The notes below the pieces were generated by a model, which saw only the letters and a program-made list of their open reading frames with translations, searched no databases and had not been told where the DNA came from. Of a DNA stretch of 37,943 nucleotides, positions 34,239 through 37,943 are shown piece after piece. Source of the DNA: a virus (taxonomy: Duplodnaviria > Caudoviricetes); the IMG/VR virus record IMGVR_UViG_3300037780_000036, positions 1 to 37,943 of that record; one strand, 5' to 3'. The position numbers and the translations under genes were made by a program. Position 1 is the first letter of the stretch. Each line of letters opens with the position of its first letter.

Positions 34239-34469
34239 ATGCACGCCACATACGACAGCGACCACATCACGGTGCAATTCAGCGCGCGCGCCGAACGCAG
34301 CGATTACGGCGTTCCAGGCTCGCCGGTGTGGTATGAGCCGGTTGATATCGAGATCGAAAGCGCCGAGGTGCTTGGCGTTGCGGTTGATCTGAAAGCATGG
34401 CCCGCCGAACTTGTCGCGGCGCTGCACGCTCTGGCCTACGAATGCGAATGGCATGACGACGACGCCTGA
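34239..34469 (+). CDS. Acidic hypothetical protein
   Basis: GAGG RBS; DYGVPGSPVWYE. Confidence 0.75.
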   Translation: MHATYDSDHITVQFSARAERSDYGVPGSPVWYEPVDIEIESAEVLGVAVDLKAWPAELVAALHALAYECEWHDDDA

Positions 34470-34590
34470 CCTACCCCAACACATCGCGCGCGCCCTTGAC
34501 GACTTGGGCGTGCGCAACCCGCCGCCACCCCCGCCGCCGATACTGCCGCAAGACGCATGGTGGAAGCGCGGCGAAGAATGCCCTTTCTGA
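34453..34590 (+). CDS. 45-aa Pro-rich protein ending in EECPF (not in the ORF track)
   Basis: MTTTPDLPQHIARALDDLGVRNPPPPPPPILPQDAWWKRGEECPF fills the operon gap. Confidence 0.6.
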   Translation: MTTTPDLPQHIARALDDLGVRNPPPPPPPILPQDAWWKRGEECPF

Positions 34591-34601
34591 GAGGATCACA
34601 C

Positions 34602-34703
34602 ATGACCCCGCTCACCCTACACGCCATTGCCGAGGCAACGCGGCGCATCGTTGCGCGACAGGCGGCGGAACGCGCCGCGAAGGAGAAGGAAGCAGAGAAA
34701 TGA
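34602..34703 (+). CDS. 33-aa peptide (not in the ORF track)
   Basis: GAGGA RBS; ATGA overlap with the next gene. Confidence 0.6.
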   Translation: MTPLTLHAIAEATRRIVARQAAERAAKEKEAEK

Positions 34704-35020
34704 CCCGCCCCGAACACCTGCGCCCGCTTGAAGGTTCCGGCCCGTGGCTCGAAAGCAAGCGCGCGCACTCGCAAATTGTGAACCGCCCGCCCCCACCAAC
34801 GCCGACGCGCCCCGCAAAGTATGCCGATCATGTCGAAGCAACCCGCCCGTCATCAGGCCCTTGGCTTCACGCCCCTGCGCCGCGCGCGAAGTTGGGCCGC
34901 ATCCGCGCATGGCTGGCCGTGCTGGCTTTTGTCGCCGGGCTTGTCATCGGCGCGCATGTCGCGGGTAAGGGAATGCAACAGGCCGCGCTGGACGCGGTGC
35001 AATGGGAGATTGGACAGTGA
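34700..35020 (+). CDS. Membrane protein with two SGPWL repeats
   Basis: C-terminal TM segment AWLAVLAFVAGLVIG. Confidence 0.7.
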   Translation: MTRPEHLRPLEGSGPWLESKRAHSQIVNRPPPPTPTRPAKYADHVEATRPSSGPWLHAPAPRAKLGRIRAWLAVLAFVAGLVIGAHVAGKGMQQAALDAVQWEIGQ

Positions 35021-35295
35021 CACCGAGAGACGGCAGATTGGACCCGAAACACTTTGCGCATATGCAAGGCCCAGAATACGAGGCAAAGCTTTCTCGGGCG
35101 CAAGAAATCGAACAAACCCGCCAAGCTTTGGTGCGCGGAGAGGCGACAAACGAGACTTTCGCCTACGCCAAATTTTTGTGCGCGTGCGAAAACGACGCTA
35201 CGCTGACAAAGCCCCGATTTTCGGCAGGCGATGGTGAAGTTATGCGCGCGTTTCCAATTTTCGACGCCAAGCTTAAAGTGAGGGACGAGGAATGA
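35017..35295 (+). CDS. Hypothetical protein
   Basis: GGAG RBS; GTGA overlap. Confidence 0.65.
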   Translation: MTPRDGRLDPKHFAHMQGPEYEAKLSRAQEIEQTRQALVRGEATNETFAYAKFLCACENDATLTKPRFSAGDGEVMRAFPIFDAKLKVRDEE

Positions 35296-35498
35296 CCTAC
35301 CGCGAACGACTGGCCGACTGGATCAGCGGCGGCGCGCTAACGAAGGCGCGCGTTGAACTGCGCGTATCTGATGCGGCAAAAAATGTCGGCAAGCGCAGCA
35401 TGAGGGACGCCCTCGAACGCATCCACGCCGCCACATGCAACGGCAAGAGCGGCACCGCGCAGAAGATCTCGCGCATGGCACGGGAGGGGTTGGAATGA
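35292..35498 (+). CDS. Hypothetical protein
   Basis: RERLADWISGGALT; coupled on both sides. Confidence 0.7.
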   Translation: MTYRERLADWISGGALTKARVELRVSDAAKNVGKRSMRDALERIHAATCNGKSGTAQKISRMAREGLE

Positions 35499-35644
35499 CA
35501 GACTGGCTAAATCTTGGCCTGAAAATCTGCGGCGTCGTGCATGGTGTGATTGCCATCCTTCGCCTTCTTGATGGCGACACAGAAGGGGCCGAGCGCGCAA
35601 TGACGTTGGGCATTCTGTTTGTGCTTTTGGGGAACACGAAATGA
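35495..35644 (+). CDS. 49-aa two-TM membrane protein, paralog 1
   Basis: MTDWLNLGLKICGVVHGVIAILRLLDGDTEGAERAMTLGILFVLLGNTK. Confidence 0.75.
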   Translation: MTDWLNLGLKICGVVHGVIAILRLLDGDTEGAERAMTLGILFVLLGNTK

Positions 35645-35844
35645 CGCGCAAAACTTTCGCTGCGGCCATTGGAAAAATACCGCAGTTCGCTCGCGGGATG
35701 GTCTGGTGTCATACCTGCGGGCGCGAACAACGCGTTGATGCCATCAGCGCCACCACGCGCACTAGCTGGCCCGTGTGCTGCGGTCACACCATGTCGATTG
35801 ACAGTCCCGAGGAGCGTCGGGCCATGCGAGGAGCCGCGAAATGA
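35641..35844 (+). CDS. Small zinc-ribbon-like protein
   Basis: VWCHTCG...WPVCCGHTM. Confidence 0.75.
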   Translation: MTRKTFAAAIGKIPQFARGMVWCHTCGREQRVDAISATTRTSWPVCCGHTMSIDSPEERRAMRGAAK

Positions 35845-35990
35845 CAGACTGGCTAAATCTTGGCCTCACGGCTTACGGCTTGGGTTGGGCTGCTATTGGA
35901 TTTGCTCGATACTTTGCGGGCGATGCAAAAGGTTTTGAGCGTGCAATGACGCTTGGAATTCTGTTTGTGCTTTTGGGGAACACGAAATGA
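35841..35990 (+). CDS. 49-aa two-TM membrane protein, paralog 2 (not in the ORF track)
   Basis: MTDWLNLGLTAYGLGWAAIGFARYFAGDAKGFERAMTLGILFVLLGNTK. Confidence 0.75.
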   Translation: MTDWLNLGLTAYGLGWAAIGFARYFAGDAKGFERAMTLGILFVLLGNTK

Positions 35991-36292
35991 CCCGCGACAT
36001 ACTGGACCGCGCCGCCGAGGCGGTGGAAGGAACGACGCCGGGGGATTGGTGCAACACAACGGATAGCGGGGAAATCACGGATGCAAAGGGCCATTACGTC
36101 GCGCGCGCCATCAACGCTGCAACCCGTGAAGGCAAATCCAACGCCCGTTTCATCGCCGCGTCCCGCCAGCTTGTGCCTGAGATGGCCGCCGAAATCGCCG
36201 CCCTTCGCAGCGCGCTTGACCTGATTGCATCGGGACAGGTTGACGCCGTGGCGCTGGCACGGGCTGCGCTTCGTCAGGTTTCGCAAAAATAA
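35987..36292 (+). CDS. Ead/Ea22-like protein
   Basis: TTPGDW...NARFIAASR.LVP.M..EI..LR pattern. Confidence 0.75.
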   Translation: MTRDILDRAAEAVEGTTPGDWCNTTDSGEITDAKGHYVARAINAATREGKSNARFIAASRQLVPEMAAEIAALRSALDLIASGQVDAVALARAALRQVSQK

Positions 36293-36315
36293 TCGCCCGG
36301 CCCTGCATTTTCCCC

Positions 36316-36395
36316 TTGCAATGGCGGCAAACTTGCCGCATATTGAGTGCATGGAAACGGGCAGACGCCCACAGAGGGAGACACACAGATGACCA
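36316..36395 (+). promoter_or_regulatory. Early promoter and conserved leader/RBS, copy B, with an operator-like inverted repeat
   Basis: TTGCAA-N17-CATATT; gcggcaa-ac-ttgccgc in the spacer; 27-bp leader repeat. Confidence 0.78.
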
Positions 36396-36577
36396 ATGAA
36401 ACGCTTGCCCAAAAATATCAAGCTGAATGGCGCAACGCCGAAGAAGCACTTGAACTCGCCAATGTGTATATCCAAGACGGAGCGTTTTCTACGGGTGCCG
36501 CGCACTTGCGCAAAGCTGCCGAACATTTCGATCAGGCGGCAAAAATCAAGCAGGCTGCTTTTGGTGGCCGCCCATGA
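36389..36577 (+). CDS. Small helical early protein
   Basis: Follows the conserved leader; MTNETLAQK resembles MTSEDTLAK of copy A. Confidence 0.75.
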   Translation: MTNETLAQKYQAEWRNAEEALELANVYIQDGAFSTGAAHLRKAAEHFDQAAKIKQAAFGGRP

Positions 36578-36747
36578 CCCCCGCTGAATTCGCCACGCTG
36601 CACACCGCGCTGGGGCTGACCCGCAAGCAGCTTTACGCCGCCTTGTGGATCAGCCCGCGCACGGGCCGCAACTACGCAAGCGGCGCGACAAAGATACACC
36701 CCCGCGTTGCCGAACAGGCGCGCAAGATGTTGGAGGAAAGAACGTGA
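36574..36747 (+). CDS. 57-aa XRE-like HTH protein (not in the ORF track)
   Basis: MTPAEFATLHTALGLTRKQLYAALWISPRTGRNYASGATKIHPRVAE. Confidence 0.8.
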   Translation: MTPAEFATLHTALGLTRKQLYAALWISPRTGRNYASGATKIHPRVAEQARKMLEERT

Positions 36748-37052
36748 TTGATTTTTACGAAATGTCAAAAAGACAGAGAGAATGGATGAACAGAATGCCT
36801 CCCATGCCTTTTCAGGCGGACTGGGATGTTCGCGCAATTCCGCCTTTTGGCGGCGCAATGGTCCGTTACAAAATAGCAAAGGGAAAGGCGACTGTATCGG
36901 TCTACATGGACGCTTATGATGAGCTTGGCAGCATGGGAGAACCCTACTGGGAAATATACCCATCCAAGGACGGCGAAACAGATCGTTTTTTGCTCGCTGA
37001 AACAGAAGAACTCATTGCCGCAATCGGCGCTTCATTGGATGCGCGCCCATGA
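36744..37052 (+). CDS. Conserved phage hypothetical protein
   Basis: GGAGG RBS with GTG start; IPPFGGA..R...VSVY.D.YD.LG..G.PYWEIYP. Confidence 0.78.
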   Translation: MIDFYEMSKRQREWMNRMPPMPFQADWDVRAIPPFGGAMVRYKIAKGKATVSVYMDAYDELGSMGEPYWEIYPSKDGETDRFLLAETEELIAAIGASLDARP

Positions 37053-37516
37053 CCCGCACCCTCGCCCCCATCCTCGCCGCCCTCGCCCTATCCGGCTGCG
37101 CGTCATCCGACCGCCTCAGCGGCGGCGTGACGAACAACATGGCCACGCAGATGCTGCACCACACCGAGCCGACATTCCGGCTTCCCCATCGCGGCGGATA
37201 CGTCAACGCGGCGCGCGGCATTGCCAACATGGCGAACATGCGTATGCAGACGCTGGTGATCGACGGCCCGCTGGTATCGTCGTCGGTTCTTGCCGCCCGC
37301 ATGACGGCCCGCGTGGAGGTGGTTGACCCTGACGCGCCGTGGATGGGATTGCACCTTGCACACCGTGGCGGCGTGGTCGACATGGCCGAAAGCCGCCGGA
37401 TGTTCGAGGACATGCGCGCGCCCGGATGCATGGACTGGTATCTTCGCCAGCCCGAGGCGCGGGGCAATCGCATCGCCTATGTGTCGTGGAATTTCATGGA
37501 GAGGGACTGCAAATGA
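37049..37516 (+). CDS. Lipoprotein with a possible ClpP/crotonase-like fold
   Basis: Lipobox LSGC; GGYV...VIDGP.VSS...MGLH pattern. Confidence 0.7.
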   Translation: MTRTLAPILAALALSGCASSDRLSGGVTNNMATQMLHHTEPTFRLPHRGGYVNAARGIANMANMRMQTLVIDGPLVSSSVLAARMTARVEVVDPDAPWMGLHLAHRGGVVDMAESRRMFEDMRAPGCMDWYLRQPEARGNRIAYVSWNFMERDCK

Positions 37517-37719
37517 ATAAGCTGGAAGTGTTGAAAAAACTGGAAGAAATGGCGTCTCGCCGCTCTGATGCTTGGGCGGGCAAGATAGTCCAAGCTTGCA
37601 TGGTCGACGGTGACGTTGATCACATAAAGCTTTCGGCCCTTACGGGTAGAATGGTGGAGGCGCAAGAATTTCTTGCCGAAATCAAGGCCCTGATCGCACA
37701 AGAGGCCAGACATGACTAA
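37513..37719 (+). CDS. Hypothetical protein
   Basis: GAGGG RBS; overlaps neighbours. Confidence 0.7.
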   Translation: MNKLEVLKKLEEMASRRSDAWAGKIVQACMVDGDVDHIKLSALTGRMVEAQEFLAEIKALIAQEARHD

Positions 37720-37900
37720 CCCATACCGCGACCGCATGACGCCCGAGGAACTTGACCGGCTGCTGTCCAGCCACCACGCCCACAACGACGACCACGGGCG
37801 CGACGACCTGTGCGGCGGTATCGGCTGGGTGTTGCTGATTGCCGCCGTGATCTGTGTGCCGCTGATCGCGGCGTTTGTTTGGAGGATGGCCAATGGCTAA
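37712..37900 (+). CDS. Small membrane protein
   Basis: GAGG RBS; C-terminal TM segment. Confidence 0.7.
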   Translation: MTNPYRDRMTPEELDRLLSSHHAHNDDHGRDDLCGGIGWVLLIAAVICVPLIAAFVWRMANG

Positions 37901-37943
37901 GTGGCGAGAATGCAGCATCGGGGAACAGTTCGGCGCAGGCACG
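37817..37943 (+). repeat. 127-bp exact terminal repeat, copy 2
   Basis: Identical to 1-127; reading frames continue across the junction. Confidence 0.97.

Larger units (their letters stand above)
1..37943. mobile_element. Complete siphovirus-like phage genome (unit length 37,816 bp), probable Alphaproteobacteria/Rhodobacteraceae host
   Basis: Full set of terminase, portal, protease, capsid, tail, tape measure and lysis genes; ends overlap by 127 bp; no host housekeeping genes. Confidence 0.96.

Noticed and set aside
35495-35990. Diversity-generating retroelement TR/VR pair
   Set aside because: Differences are not restricted to adenines and no reverse transcriptase is present
37817-37943. 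127-bp terminal repeat as a biological direct terminal repeat
   Set aside because: It cuts through coding sequence, equals a common assembler k-mer length, and the terminase class suggests headful packaging
1-37943. tRNA genes, CRISPR arrays, integrase/attP
   Set aside because: No cloverleaf, regularly spaced repeat array or recombinase motif recognised by eye

Overview
The window is a complete, circularly permuted ~37.8-kb tailed dsDNA phage genome. Bases 1-127 repeat exactly at 37817-37943, which looks like an assembly overlap. Siphovirus-type genes, GapR, an HvrA/H-NS-like protein and an alphaproteobacterial-type SSB point to a Rhodobacteraceae-like host (inference). The minus strand (~29.0 kb down to ~1.0 kb) carries a Cro-like regulator, RusA, SSB, replication genes, the terminase, an HK97-type head, a non-contractile tail with a lambda-type -1 frameshift, a beta-helix tailspike and lysis genes. 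The plus strand carries an ERF/exonuclease/GapR/NinB recombination block and a string of small early genes built around short shared repeats. I recognise no integrase, CI-type repressor, ParA/ParB, DNA polymerase or full-length replication initiator. The most unusual element is at ~26.5-27.0 kb: an apparently non-coding, highly structured ~450-nt leftward transcript whose 5' end is covered by an ~80-nt counter-transcribed RNA (ColE1 RNAII/RNAI geometry). It lies upstream of an initiator reduced to its C-terminal domain and a helicase-loader-like gene, making it a candidate RNA-based, antisense-controlled phage replicon. A bipartite late-promoter motif, domain-shuffling linker repeats and an H-NS-like gene split by an in-frame TGA are also visible. 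All family assignments are from motif recognition by eye, without database searches.
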